From Anthoceros angustus (lineage: Eukaryota > Plantae > Anthocerotophyta), in the NCBI GenBank assembly GCA_010909165.1, contig VJWM01000106.1:930001-994000 (forward strand): a stretch of DNA of 64,000 nucleotides. Direction: 5' to 3'. Positions 1-12,457 of the stretch are shown piece by piece. Every line of letters starts with the position of its first letter. Position 1 is the first letter of the stretch. The notes below the pieces were generated by a model. It saw only the letters and a list, made by a program, of their open reading frames with translations, had not been told where the DNA came from and did not search any database. The translations under genes and the position numbers were made by a program.

Positions 1-27
1 CGGGGAATCTACAAAAGCAGCGCAAAC

Positions 28-2151
28 TCAAGGCGCTCGCAACTCTTGAAATGGAGGGCGTTCCAAAGCTAGCCATCCAAATTTGCCAGACCGGAAGTCG
101 TTGAGCACTCTATATGATGCTTGGTCAACATCTCCATTGAACATGGGACTCAGCCGCTCCAAATACCTGAAGTTTAGCCATTAGTGTGTCAACCAACCGA
201 GACGTCACAGTTGGCTGCACACCGAACAGGAGAAGAAACTTTTCCTAAGGTGCATGAACATGCATGGGTTGAGACGACTTACTCCTCTCCTGACAAGCTG
301 CCAACGTCAACTTTATAGCGCTGCTCGAGGACTTCAGCACCTGAAACACCCAGAAGTTGTTGTGGGCAAAGTGAGAACAAAGAACAACTCTAATTTCCTG
401 GACGCCCATGTCTTGAACCGCAGCTTTACCTGCAGTAGGCATGCGCTTTATCATCTCGATCAGCACAGCCGCAACACCAGCCACAGCATAAGCCGCCTCT
501 CCGATGTCATTGCATATAGCAAGCCTAGTTGCAGCAGCCTGATCCAGTATCTTCATAGGCAGTACTCCTGGGGCGTCCAACAAATCAAGATCCTCACCAA
601 TGCGTGCCCATCTTGGCACACACAGACATTTTAGGAGGAAAAACTTTTTTCTTACCACCTGAATTGCAGGAGCAAAGCAGAAAACAAGTTCCAAATCAGA
701 GACAGTACAACATACTTCAGATCTCGAGTGACTCCAGGTCTTGGTGCAGCTTCACATAGTTTGCGCCTCAGAAGACGGTTTATTAGAGACGATTTCCCAA
801 CGTTTGGATACCCAACAACAGCAGCACGCACCTGCCAACCACACAGGGAATCACATTGTGTGGAGTAGACACAGCCTAAACCACTTTTGAAGATGCCCAA
901 TAGGAGCCTCATGCCTCACCGCACGAGGAAGAAGGCCTTTTGCTCTTCGCCTTGCATTGATATCTGCTGCCACTGTTTTTGATGTTCGGGCCAGCTTCAT
1001 GGAACCCTGCACGAGACAAACGGTTCCATGAGATCCTCAAAGTCTGAAGAAATAACAGCAGAACAATACTCCCACAGCAGCAAGATAGCAACGGGACAGA
1101 GAAGGGCAGTAAAGCCTAAACTTGAGTTGATTATCAACGGAATCTAGTACAGATCAAAGAGCATGTGCCTCTCAGTCAGCAACTGCCCCTGAACTTACAG
1201 CTCCCCGTCGACCATCTGTGAACAACGCAGTCTCCCCACGTTGGGCAAAATAGGCAGCCCACACATTCCTGTCAGCAGTGGAGATCATGTCCTCCCGGTT
1301 CAAGACCAGTATCTTCATCTTGTCGCCTATCCACGAGTCAATCTGCGGCAAGAGCTCCTACTGAGAGAAATCCAAACGCCAGGAAGGAAAACTGCAACAA
1401 CGCATATACAAGCTCAAGCCCGACGGTTGGATCCTTACAGACCTCAGGATGGCAAGTTGACATGGGAATCCTTGCATCCCGCACTTCAATAATCACATCC
1501 ATTAACCGCAGCTGCTCTTTAAGTTTTCTCTCCGCTTTTGCAATGTGTCCTGGATACCACTGTCAAGACATGCTCTTCCATAAACCTTCACATGTGCAAC
1601 AGCCTTGCAATCTGGGATACTGTCAAGCTGTTGATGGTCGTGTACCTGGACAAGACGGGCGGATCTGGTGAGGTAGCCCACATCTGCATCCAAATCAGCC
1701 CACTCTTTCTCTGAAGTCGGTGCCATGCGGGCTGTTGCCGTAACACGGCATGGTGGCCATCCATTTCCAGAGCCTCTACTCTGTTCAACGATGGGTCACG
1801 AGATCGTCAGGCATGGCTGGAGCCAGAGCACGAAAGCACCTGGGGAAGGTAGGGTAGAATCCGTACCTTGGCTGGCAACGCGAATTCTCTGCACCGAGAA
1901 TGAGCAGCCTCACAGCTCGAGAGATGTGGCACCACAGGCAGATACACTCCGGCCATGGCAAATGGACACAGCGAACGAAAACGGAGCTTAACTGGACGAT
2001 TCCTTGCCGACAAAGCTAACACAGCTAGCATCCGCAAACGGGCCTCCGCAAACAGTCGAGAAGGCAATCCCAGCCCTAATCGCGGAGACTCACTATCCCA
2101 CCGTTTTAACTGTGCTCCCAGGCAGCTGCGGTGGTGACCACACGAGCGCAT
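28..2151 (-). CDS. DGP3: Spliced gene (about 9 exons) for a plastid ribosome-biogenesis circularly permuted GTPase, RbgA/YlqF family (Arabidopsis DGP3-like)
   Basis: Exons joined by GT-AG read [13 protein letters not shown]|[39 protein letters not shown]; [12 protein letters not shown] (G4); [39 protein letters not shown] (G1/G2); LDLLDAPGV (G3); final exon ...[20 protein letters not shown]..stop at 28-30. The N-terminal basic/Ser-rich stretch resembles a transit peptide. The start codon (2151) is the least certain element. Confidence 0.9.
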
Positions 2152-2192
2152 TCATCCGGCGCCTTCCAGCTACACCTTTTTGCGAGGACATC

Positions 2193-3295
2193 ATGGTAAG
2201 CCAGGCAATCAGATTGGAGAGCGGATTTTCTTGTATCAGCACTCGGCGTGGAGAAGGATTATGGTTGTAGAATGCCGCATCCAGATGCTTATTGACAAAA
2301 GTTGGCATGCAACTGCTGCAGATCCAATTTGTGCTGCTCATAAGTCGACAGGGCAAAGTCCGATTGACGAAGTGGTACTCGCCTTACTCTCAAAAGGAGA
2401 GAGCCAAGGTCGGTATCTCACGTTTGAATTTTTGTTTACGTCTTCTCGTTGAACCATGTCTGCTCCAGAATGGTATTCAGATTGTTGATTTCGTGACCTC
2501 GATTTCCAGGTCATCCGCGAGCTTAGTTCTCTCGTCCTCGGAAGGGGACCAAAACTCTGTAACTTTGTGGAGTGGCGAGGCTTGAAAGCTGTGTATAAAA
2601 GGTAACTTGCTGGAGCTGTTAGTCAGTCTTCGCTGTTTGGTCGTTGTGAATCCGAAATCTGACTGATGCAGCATGTTGCAGGTACGCGAGTCTTTACTTT
2701 TGCATGTGTATCGATGCGGATGACAACGAGCTGGAAACCCTAGAGATAATACACCACTACGTTGAGATTCTTGACCGATACTTCGGCAATGTGAGTTTAT
2801 TTGCTGCTGAACTGGAAGGACTCGCCTGGATGTTGACGTCCAGACTTTTCTACGAAGGTTTGGATTTTGATCCTTTGGTGTTGGCAGGTGTGTGAACTGG
2901 ATCTGGTCTTCAATTTTCACAAGGTATGTAGCTGCTGGTGTCAATACTCTTGAGCTGATGAGTGTGCTGCTGTTGAAGTTGTGAGGATGATGGGATGGCT
3001 CAGTCCCACCAACCTATCTGCGGTGTGTGCAGGCTTACTATATACTGGATGAGGTTCTAATTGGAGGGGAACTGCAAGAATCAAGCAAGAAGTCTGTGGC
3101 TAGAGTAATATCTGCGCAGGTGTTAATCTGGCCAACTCCTTACACACTTGTGAAGCAAAGGTTGGGTGGTGCTATTGACGTGCAAAGCGGGTTGTTCGTA
3201 ATTGGATTGTTTGTGGATGGCAGGATGCCCTGGTGGAGAATGCCAAAGAGCAGGCCAGCTCACTGTCAAATATCATTGCCCAGGCCACGAAGTAG
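2193..3295 (+). CDS. AP1S: Spliced gene (7 exons) for AP-1 clathrin adaptor complex sigma subunit (AP1S/AP19)
   Basis: ATG|gtaag at 2193-2195, intron to cag at 2321, then [29 protein letters not shown] | [31 protein letters not shown] | [36 protein letters not shown] | [12 protein letters not shown] | [20 protein letters not shown]... | [10 protein letters not shown]...ATK* (TAG 3293-3295). All introns are GT-AG. Confidence 0.95.
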
Positions 3296-3900
3296 ACAGG
3301 AGGGCGTAAGGCAGAGAATGTGATAAGGGAACTGGCGGGCTGGCCTGATGTAGCTGAAGTTGAACTTGAGACCTGTTTGGGAAACTGGCAGTAAGATGGC
3401 TGCTGACTGTTCTCGAGAGTTGACCGCCACTGGCCAGAGTGGTTGCAGCTTGTGATTCCGGTTTAGGGAAAACTTCGAGAGTCAAAGCTTTTAGCGCCTT
3501 GTTAGCCTTGCAATGTAGTGGGAGTGCGGAGGGTGGAGCTTGCAGACCGCCTTGTCCCGTCCAGGACGGCAGCAGCAACGTTTGACAGTACATCTGTCCA
3601 AGGCTCCAAGTCTTTGGGCGGCGGTGTGTTTAGGTTAGAAGGCCATACTTTCGAAACAGATGTAGACGGGACATAACAGTTGATGAGCATGTACGACATG
3701 ATTCCGTATATGATACAGCTCGATTAATGAAAAAGAATGCAACGATTCTCGCGGAATGCGTTGTTGTCAACCTCATCAGAATTGTCCGGCAACAGATGCC
3801 TGCAGTATGGAGGATCACTTCTTGGCTGGAACTCTAAACCGACACAAACAACAGGACGACTCTCGGGGACATTACTAAGCATTAGCATACGTCCAAATCG

Positions 3901-6442
3901 TCATTGTCGATCACCGTCTGGGACTGCCCTCACATGCGGAGTGTTGGGCTCTTCGGGAAGAACCTCAGCCACCCAGTACTCCTTCAGGCACACCAAGATC
4001 TTCTCGTGGTTGAATGGTCCATCCTCGTGGTCAGCCAGCCTGCACTTCCACCTCATTCCGTTGATGATCCTCTTAACAGCAATGAGGACATCAACGTCAT
4101 CACGGATAATCACAGCACCCTCTGGGCGCAGAATGCGATCCATTTCCAATAGGATGTATGTGATGTCACACCTGGACAAAGGCAAAAGCCCATAGATCAG
4201 CACTCATTCATATGGATCAAATACCATGCAGAAGGGTGAGGGCGAGATGGACTATGTGCTTACTTCTCTTGGTACAGGGTGAAGAGCCTATTGGCATGAA
4301 TCATGTCATAGGTTCGGGGATATGTTGAGAAGGCCTCACACCTGTACAGCCCACCGGAGCGTTAGAGTAATACTGGACCGGCTATTGCGTGCAACACAGC
4401 AGCTCAGAGCCTGATAGATAACAGCATACCAGTCTTGGTAGGTGCCTATAAGCCCTCTCTCGTAGATGACACCCAGAGTGTCCTCTTGAATCTTCGGAGA
4501 TACCACATTCATCACCCAGCTCTTTTCTTGATCAAGAGCCGCTGCAAATCCACCCAACCCAGCATTCATGTCCATGATGTTCCGATAGCGGCCTTGAGCT
4601 AGAAGATTGACGAGCCGCTGCCTGTAATATGTGAATCGGGTCTGCCATAGCTGAGTATCCTTCTTATAGGACTCTGCGGTCACTGAAGGCAATGATCCAC
4701 CAGAGACTCTTGGAGGTACTTCAGTTAGGCGATCCGGCCATCGAGCCAATTTGCCTCCCGCAATAGCTTTCCTATGAATGATGGCTGGCATCGGTGTGAT
4801 GCAGGGTTCCATTTTCACATACCTGTGCAGAAGCGAAAGCACAAAGGTTTAGTCACTCACGGACCATGTTCACATGCCACTGTGCTCCAATGAGAGACCT
4901 ACCACGCATCATCAGGGTTGCCCTGATCGGTGCAGAAAGGTGGATTGTTCTCAAGCTGGTTATGCCTTTTCGCCTCCATGCATTCCTGGTGGTTGACGGG
5001 TTTCTGCCAGACAGCAAGGTTTCCCTTTTCTGCCACCTTGGTCCAGCAAAGACGCCTGGCAAGGTCCTCGATAGCATCCATTTCAGCCTTGAGGTCCTTC
5101 TTGGTCCTCTGCCAACCTTTCCAGTGTGCTTGCCAATTCACAGGCGGGCCAGACAAGATCCAGAACCCACCAGGCCTGAGCACTCGGTCTATTTCAGCCA
5201 GATACAGTCCATCTGCAAAAGGGAGTGATGATAGCAGTCAGAACCAAAATCCAGGATCATGCACGAGCCACCAACGGCCAGCTCACGTATCTCACTCACC
5301 ATAATCCTTCCAAGGAATGAGGCACCGAGAGCAGTGCGCCAAATCGAACGACCTGGCAGGATACGGTAACTTGATGGATGCCATCGTCACAAGCATGGCA
5401 GGAACCCCACGTTCCAGAGCAAACTGAACCTGCGCTTCATGCGTGTCTCTCGGTGCGAAAGACATGGTCAGGACCTTCCTCTTAAGGAGGTAGGCACCAA
5501 AGCTGGCCACCTACACCAACGGCCAAGAGACAATGCATTCTCAGTACACTGTAGGCCAAGTACTGAAACAACAACAGACTTCACACCCAACACCAGCAAA
5601 CACAAGCAGTACCCCGCATCCAGTATCCAACGCAGTGCGGATTTGGCCCTTATTCAGATCCACAATCGCATTGATGTCATCGATATAAGCATCAGCCCCG
5701 TGAGGGAACATAGTCCCTCCCCCGGGAAACCGAAACCGGTCCCCCTCATACTGGATCCAGTTCTGGATAGCCTTCTCCACCGTGAGCTCCTTGTGCGGCA
5801 CGTTGGCGAACCAGGACTCGTCCCGACTCTGCGGCCAGGGGAAGGGGTTCTTGTACCCCACAGGCGCGGGCACGAGACACTTGATCAGCTCCTCCTGCAC
5901 GGGGCAGTGCCTCTCCCGGTAAATCATCCTCTCACGGGGGAAGGGCATGGACCGCTTGGCATCCTGGCACGGCGTGTACTCGCTCAGCGAGACGTCGCAG
6001 CTGGGAAACACCTCCAGCTGCCCGCCCTTCCCCTCCCCCCCGGACCCGTGGTGCGCGGAGAAGTCCAGCGAGCTGCTGCAGGCCGAGGCATCGGAAAAGA
6101 CGCCGTAATCCGGCGTCGACCACCCCGCCTGCCAGTACCCCACGAAGTAGCTCACCAGCGAGAGCGCCAGCAGCCCCGCAATGTGCACCCAGCTCCACCT
6201 CCTCTTCCCCTCCTGGTGGTGCTTGGGAGACGAAACTCTGCCATTGGCCCCGTTCCCTGCCAAGAAACCATCCCCTCAGTCCCTCGAGTCCCTTCAATCC
6301 CTCCAATCCCCCTCAATCCTTCCTCCCCTCCCTCAGCTGCAAACAAGCACAAGGCACGAATGCAAAGATCCGACTCCTCACCTTCCAGCGGGAACAGGTC
6401 CTGGATCTTCTGGTACGCATGGGTCACCCCCTGCTGGAACAT
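3901..6442 (-). CDS. Spliced gene for a Golgi type-II SAM-dependent methyltransferase, DUF248/Methyltransf_29 (PMT2/PMT15-18-like putative pectin methyltransferase)
   Basis: N-terminal TM helix ([22 protein letters not shown]), [37 protein letters not shown]|[93 protein letters not shown]; stop at 3901-3903. Probable exon 1 is ATG 6442 to GAAG|gtgag (about 6384), which splices in frame to ttggcag|ggaac (about 6256). Confidence 0.92.
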
Positions 6443-6871
6443 TACATCCCCCTCCTGTGCCGCGCCGAGGCCTGGAAGAGACAGCCGCAGGCGCGCCGAG
6501 GAGGCGGTCGCGCAGGAAGCCGGCGCGATATGGGATAAATCAGACGCCGCGTTCGGGCCGCGGGAGGCAGGGCATGCTGGAATCAAGAAGGGCTTCGAAG
6601 GAGCGCGGACTGCAGAGGTGGCTAGGACTCGACGAGACTGGCTTTCATACGACACGAACCGGGGCCCAGGCCCGCCCAGGGCTCGCCCGGGCCCGAGGCT
6701 GCCTGCCTCGGGCACGAGCCAGACAGAGAGCGCCCCGGCCGCGGCCCCCGGCCCCGGCAGCGGCCCCCAGCGGGCCGCGACAAAAAATCGGACCCGCTCG
6801 CTCTGCGAAGTACACTAAAATGTACGATTGAGGGGATTGAGGGGATGGTCCCTTGGCAGGGAACGGGGCCA
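6245..6871. repeat. 34-bp inverted repeat pair (6245-6278 / 6838-6871) bracketing the 5' end of the PMT gene
   Basis: tggccccgttccctgccaagaaaccatcccctca versus the reverse complement of tgaggggatggtcccttggcagggaacggggcca: 32/34 identical. Confidence 0.85.
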
Positions 6872-7217
6872 GTGGTCAAATTAAGAATTCGCAGTTAAAC
6901 ATCAATCCTTTTTATTTATCTCTGTCTTACCTACCAGTCGCCGTCCTTAGCGGACTTCAATATACTTCTTCTTCTTCTCCTTCTTCTACCCCGTCCCGTG
7001 AAGCAGTTTGTGTCGGTTTCCAGGCCTGCCAAGTGTGTGTGTGGGTCTCCAGGCCTGCCAAGTGTTGCCGCCAGCAGATAGGCCGCGGCCAGCTCCGGGC
7101 CAGCCATTTGTGTGAAAACGGATCTTGCACAGCTGTTACACTCCTTGCGGCAGTTGGGAGGTAGTGACACTGCTATCATAAATAGAGTTGTAATTGTCAG
7201 TAACGGTTGTTGCGAAG

Positions 7218-7289
7218 GCCGTCTTAGCTCAGTGGTAGAGCGCGTGGCTTTTAACCACGTGGTCGTGGGTTCGATACCCACAGACGGCG
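7218..7289 (+). tRNA. trnK-UUU: tRNA-Lys, anticodon UUU, intronless
   Basis: Full cloverleaf: acceptor GCCGTCT/AGACGGC, D stem GCTC/GAGC, anticodon stem CGTGG/CCACG with loop CTTTTAA, T arm GTGGG-TTCGATA-CCCAC, discriminator G; no encoded CCA. Confidence 0.97.
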
Positions 7290-7498
7290 TTCCTCGCTGT
7301 AAAGATCTTCTGTTGTCTTCCTCTTTTACTTTGTGGGAGGCGTTAAAAAGATTTCCTGTCCGTTTTTGTTTCTACTTTGGGGCAGGCATGGAGCCCTATA
7401 GGGTACACGCGCGGCGAGCCTTTCCGTACATCTAGGGCAGGCGGCCGTGGTCCCATTGCGGAGCGGGAGCGGGAGCGGCAGCTCGGCGCGGACACACA

Positions 7499-7640
7499 AA
7501 GGCAGATTTGCGTTCAGTTGTGACCTACGGTGGGCATTGACGACCTACGGTGGGAAGTGACACATAAGGCAGATTTGCGTTCAGTTATCACCTACGGTGG
7601 GCAGTGATGCGTCCAGTTATCACCTACGGTGGGCAGTGAA
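7499..7640. repeat. Short direct-repeat cluster (ACCTACGGTGGG x4; AAGGCAGATTTGCGTTCAGTT x2)
   Basis: 12-mer copies at 7523, 7543, 7590 and 7622; 21-mer at about 7499 and 7567. Confidence 0.85.
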
Positions 7641-8103
7641 TTCGACCATACCTGAGGGAAAGCACGACACACGGCCTTTAGGGCGGCTCCGGAGCCGCAT
7701 ACGGAGCACTAAAAATATACTCCGCCGGTACAATGGGCTCGCTGCTCGCACATGATGGATGCCCATGGCGGATTCCATTCACGATGCGGGAAAGTCAGTC
7801 AAGGCGCTTGGCAACTTTGCTGGGCTGGTGACAGTGAATTCGGCAGAGGAAAAAGCTACTGGTGGGTCACATGCGTTTTGGGATCTGTGTGAGTAAATCG
7901 CGCGTTGGAATTCGGGATGGACTGATAACGGGAGAGGTAGGTGCTTGGTTTCCGGGAGGATGGAGGATGGAGTACCAGACTCCGGACCTGGTTTCATGCC
8001 CTTGACTTGCCTGTGAGATGCTTGGGCTTCGTGTACAAGACTTGGTTGTGCTTCCCTTATCCTCGGGCGTTGGACGAGTATGCAGCTGCGTCACCTGCGA
8101 CTT

Positions 8104-8234
8104 GCAAGTACTCCTCGGACGGTACTCTCATCACAACTAGGTGTCGCAGCAAGTAGTCCTTGGACGGTACTCTCATCACAACCAGGTGTTACAGCAAGTA
8201 GTCCTTGGACGGTACTCTCATCACAACTGGGTGA
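8104..8234. repeat. Minisatellite, 45-bp unit x3
   Basis: caagta(g/c)tcc(t/c)tggacggtactctcatcacaac... starting at 8105, 8150 and 8195. Confidence 0.9.
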
Positions 8235-8456
8235 TGCCAGGAGGGGATTAGGGCAGAAGCAGGAATCATGAAGGAAGCCTCATCTTTGTACATGTCACGT
8301 ACAAAAGTAGGTGACATTGTGGCACCTCCGGCGGGACGTGTCTCTGATAGCAAGCAGCTTGTGAACGATTGTCGGTCTTGTGAGCAAACATCACATTACC
8401 ACACCCCTTGGGTATCACGCACGTCCTGTACCAGCATTCCCAACATTAGTTAGTTT

Positions 8457-8522
8457 TGATCATGAAGTTTTTCCCCACGTTGTCAGCCTTGATCATGAAG
8501 TGTTTCCCCACGTTGTCAGCCT
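8457..8522. repeat. Tandem duplication, 33-bp unit x2
   Basis: tgatcatgaagt(t/g)tttccccacgttgtcagcct twice, with one mismatch. Confidence 0.9.
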
Positions 8523-9446
8523 TGCTCTTTCTGCCTAGACAAACCTGATACCTTTATATAAAAGACTAGTTAACAGTATCCCCGCAACACCAAGGTAAAG
8601 ATGCAACCGTTGGTGCAGTATGCATAGGAATAGGAGATACCGTGTAGCTGTAGCATGCAGCCTGCTTCAACGAAGGGCGACACGTACATATGTATTGCGC
8701 CCACTGCTCCCGGTTTCTCTTCTTGCCTTCGTTTGTCGACTCAGGCTGCAAGGTGGTACAGATGTCAGGTGCTCAGAATCTGGGCCCAGGGCGTAGGACG
8801 TTGATAGGGTTTGAGATACCCCGGCCCGATCACGTCATTCATATTCTTCAACCTAGACTTTGTCCACCACGTCAAGCGAGTTTTGTTGACGGCAAAGAAC
8901 TGGTTCAAAAACGCTCCGTCTCATCGAGATTCAGTAACACCCACATGGCCTATGCTTGTTTGATACATTCAAACGTAAGGCGTAACAAAATTTGATGGCA
9001 GTTGTTTTGTTAGGTCTGTCCATGCCGGGACGACCTGGTATGAATCGAATCTCTCTAAGGGATTTCAGTCCCTGCGACTGCTGCTGGTATGCCTATATTG
9101 GCAGTTAAACTTTAAAATCTGACTTCACACTTCATGCAGGAGCTTGTCAAATTTTCATCGAATTCAACAGTTGCCTCACTCAGCTAGCAAGTAGCTTGTG
9201 CTGCGAAAACACCTTGGGGTCTTGGACCTGAAAGTGATGTCCACTTCGACTTAAACATTCCTTGCATTAGATGGCGGATGTACTACAACCTCCTGCCATG
9301 TCTCCAGCTGCTGGAATATGCTTCTAAGCCTGCAAAACTCTCTGCCACTACCTGAGATCATAAACGAACCGGGGTCAATAGAACATCACAACATACATGA
9401 TACATCCACTGCAAAATAAGAGACATGACAACCCTCCTACCTGTAC

Positions 9447-12400
9447 TCAAGATCGTTGCCACCACTTGCTGAGGAAGCTTTTCTTCTTGTCTTCCTTCTT
9501 CAGCCGGGCTTCCAGAGATGGGAAATCAATTGCGCTGGCGGAAGTGTCCAGCACTATTGGGCGGCAAGGAACTGACTGGAATGGCGGCGGCACCTGGGCA
9601 ATTCTCGGGAGCTCTTTTGTCCCAGCCCGGCCCACAGCAGACTCGTATATATCTAGTCTGTCCATCAGGTACTGAACGTCCTCCTGCATATATCGTTCAG
9701 TTGCATAAGCACAGAAGGAATCGTAGCAATCACAACTGCCTGAAGTAATTCAAGGCCCACCTTGCTCGTAGGCTGTTCTTCAATGGTTAATGTCGAGACT
9801 GCATTTTGGAGGCCTTCAGTCAGCTTTGTGGTTTCTGTGACGCCTTTTGCATGAACCAGGCACTTTTCAGCACGGGAACGTTGTACTAGCTCCTTCAGAT
9901 CTTTTGATTGTGGCTGATAAAGGATCCATAGTCAGCATTCTGGCCAGTGTGGGTCTCAACAACCAGAGAAGAGATTGAGAAGCTAACCGCATCATTTGCA
10001 CTAAGCTGACGCAGCGCCGACTCTGCATTTTCAATTGCGCGATTGAAGAGCAGATAGGCTTCAGCGTATTTTGAGCCCACGATGTATGACTGGGCCAGGT
10101 AAAAGGATCTGCCAGTTTCAAAGATTTGTAAGAACCAGAAACAACCAAAGCTCCATGAAAAGACCCCAAGACAACAAACGTATACCTCTCTGCTTGGAGG
10201 GATAGCAACCGAACAGCCAGCTCTTTGCTATACTGCAACTCTTCTGATCTTTTATCCCGTCCAGATGTAATCAGATCCGATAAGTCTGTGACATTCTGCA
10301 AGGAAAAAAAGGAATTTTTAAGCATGTTGATAACATCCGTGTTCACAATGTACTCTTGTACCACCATCCCTTACCTGAATGAGCAAGTCACACAATCGGA
10401 CAACATCCTCTGGCTTTGCAGGCTTTTCACCCCTTTCTTCTCGCAAACCCTGCCTCTGCCGGTTGAGGCGATTCTTTGCTCCAGAGATGAGCATCAGATT
10501 GCGGTCAATAGTCTGCTGCAAAAGGATGCTACTCACTGCCCTATCCAGACCATTAAGCTGGTCTTTAACATCATCTGCATTCCCTGCCGTTACCTGTTTA
10601 AGAAAGCCACAAGTACTTAACACTTCCAAGCCCATGTGCGCTTTGCCATGATCAAAGCTGGCAATGCCATCCACATTAGATTCTATATCCCCCCAATTCC
10701 ATACAAAATGCAGGAGAAGCTACAAACCAGATCCTCGCGAATATGACGCCTTGCATCTTGATACGCAATAAAAATCTTATCATATATTGCAAGCTTCTTG
10801 TCCACATGAAGTGAGGTTGGCGTTAACTCTTTCTCCAGCTCTTGACCTGGTAAGAATTAATGGTAAAGAGGTATGTCTGGTGACCGGCAGATTATCAGCC
10901 AGCCAAGGTTGAAAACATACCTTTCAGAATACAAACACGAGTTTTTTGGTTGTTCACAGGATGTTTCCGCCCTAGCCACTCTAACTCTGTCATGGAAACA
11001 GCCTGCTGTGACCGTGCCTCAGCAAGTACAACCTGCAAGCAAAGACCACACGTAGCCAGGGACATGCTTTCAAAACCAATTTGGCATGTCATTAAAGTTT
11101 CTCCACTTCCTGCAAAAAAAGGTCAGCATACAGCATCAAGTCGCTGAGCCAACTGCCACCCACCTCCAGTTTTGACTGCAAGAGCTCCAGCGCTGGGTTT
11201 TCCTCCATGCTTGGGTCAAGAATATCAGAACCCTGTACCTCACTGTTGCCGAGCTTGTACAAGCAATACCGGATGATAGGGTTTAACTCTTCAACGCGCT
11301 GCCGGCATAAAACTTGAGTCTCAATGTCTCCATACTTCCCAAGCTTGTCATATACAGCCCTGCAATAAGGAGGACGATGCACATTCACAAAGCCAGCAAT
11401 CACAGCTAGCAGCAAGGACAACGAGCTTCAGAAAGCCAGCGACCACAAGTAGCAGTGAACAGGAGAACGAACTTCGCATTCTTGAACTTCATCGAGGCTT
11501 TCTCCCAGTCATCTTCACGCTCCAACAACAGGCTTCCACGCATGTAAGAAGCATATGCCTGGGAGGATGCAATCATACCACTAAGCGTTAAAGCAAAACT
11601 TGGCTAGCACAATATCTGACAGTCAAACGTGGCGTGGAACAAACCTCAGCTTCTAAACTGGTCCTTGAATCCGCCTTCAAGGCACATAGTTGGGCAAACA
11701 AGTCCCCCCACTTTGCTGCCTTGGACAGCCTTCGGATCAGATGGTATCTCTGACGTGCATTCTTCTTCCCTGGCCGTTGCTTAATCTCCATGGCATAGGC
11801 CCAAGCTCGTTCCGCTAGGTGGACAACCATCTGAAGATGTCTGCTCAGGCATCCGTTGCAATTACTCAATAAACCAACCTCCTGGAACCCACGTGCCCTT
11901 GCCGGCACCACCAACGCTGCAAGCTCCCACTACTTGTAACAAATCAAAAGGCATCACAGCGTCCAGCAGGAGATCGACACCTGACATCCGACACAATGGC
12001 CTCCGTAATTGGCTTCTTCACATACTTGCCTCGCCCATGCAGAAACTTGAGAGACTTGTACAGCCTCAGCAAGCGTGCAGTGCAATACTGCCTGCCAGGA
12101 GCAAACGTGTCAGCAGGCCACCAGGCCCCCTAAAATTCACCTCACTTCCCTTTCACGCCAGATTCCGCACACAGCACCTACCTGTATCTCTTGTAGTCCC
12201 CCTGGCGGAGCCCATGCTGTGCCTGCCCGGTTTTGATCAGCTGCAGAACTGCCACACAAGCCCAGCACACGATTCAGCCAGCCGGAATTCCGAGTCCAAG
12301 CAGTCCACACTGCGCAGATCTCAAATGCCCACAAACCGTTGATGGAAAATCGCGGCCCCGAGGAGGAGACCGCAGATACAACAGCGTCAGATTCCTCCGT

Positions 12401-12457
12401 GTCCATGGCGACAGCCTCCGATGCGCCATTGCGCACGGACGGCGGCTCCACGCCCAT
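9447..12457 (-). CDS. SRP68: Spliced gene for signal recognition particle subunit SRP68
   Basis: GPRFSIN; HLAERAWAYAMEIKQ...ARQRYHLIRRLSKAAKWGDLFAQLCALKADSRTSLEAE; AVYDKLGKYGDIETQVLCRQRVEELNPIIRYCLYKLG; KPEDVVRLCDLLIQ; C-terminal PPPFQSVPCRPIVLDTSASAIDFPSLEARLKKEDKKKSFLSKWWQRS*. These match plant SRP68 as I recall it. Confidence 0.9.

Noticed and set aside
5439-6818. 459-aa plus-strand ORF, the longest in the track
   Set aside because: Antisense shadow of the GC-rich PMT exons; low-complexity P/R/G composition and no recognisable domain.
6937-6960. cgccgtccttagcggacttcaa, resembling the start of the nearby tRNA
   Set aside because: No cloverleaf or T-arm can be built; the match is too short.
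7499-8522. CRISPR-like appearance of short direct repeats
   Set aside because: Units are adjacent or have variable, non-unique gaps; no regular spacers, no cas genes, and the context is eukaryotic.
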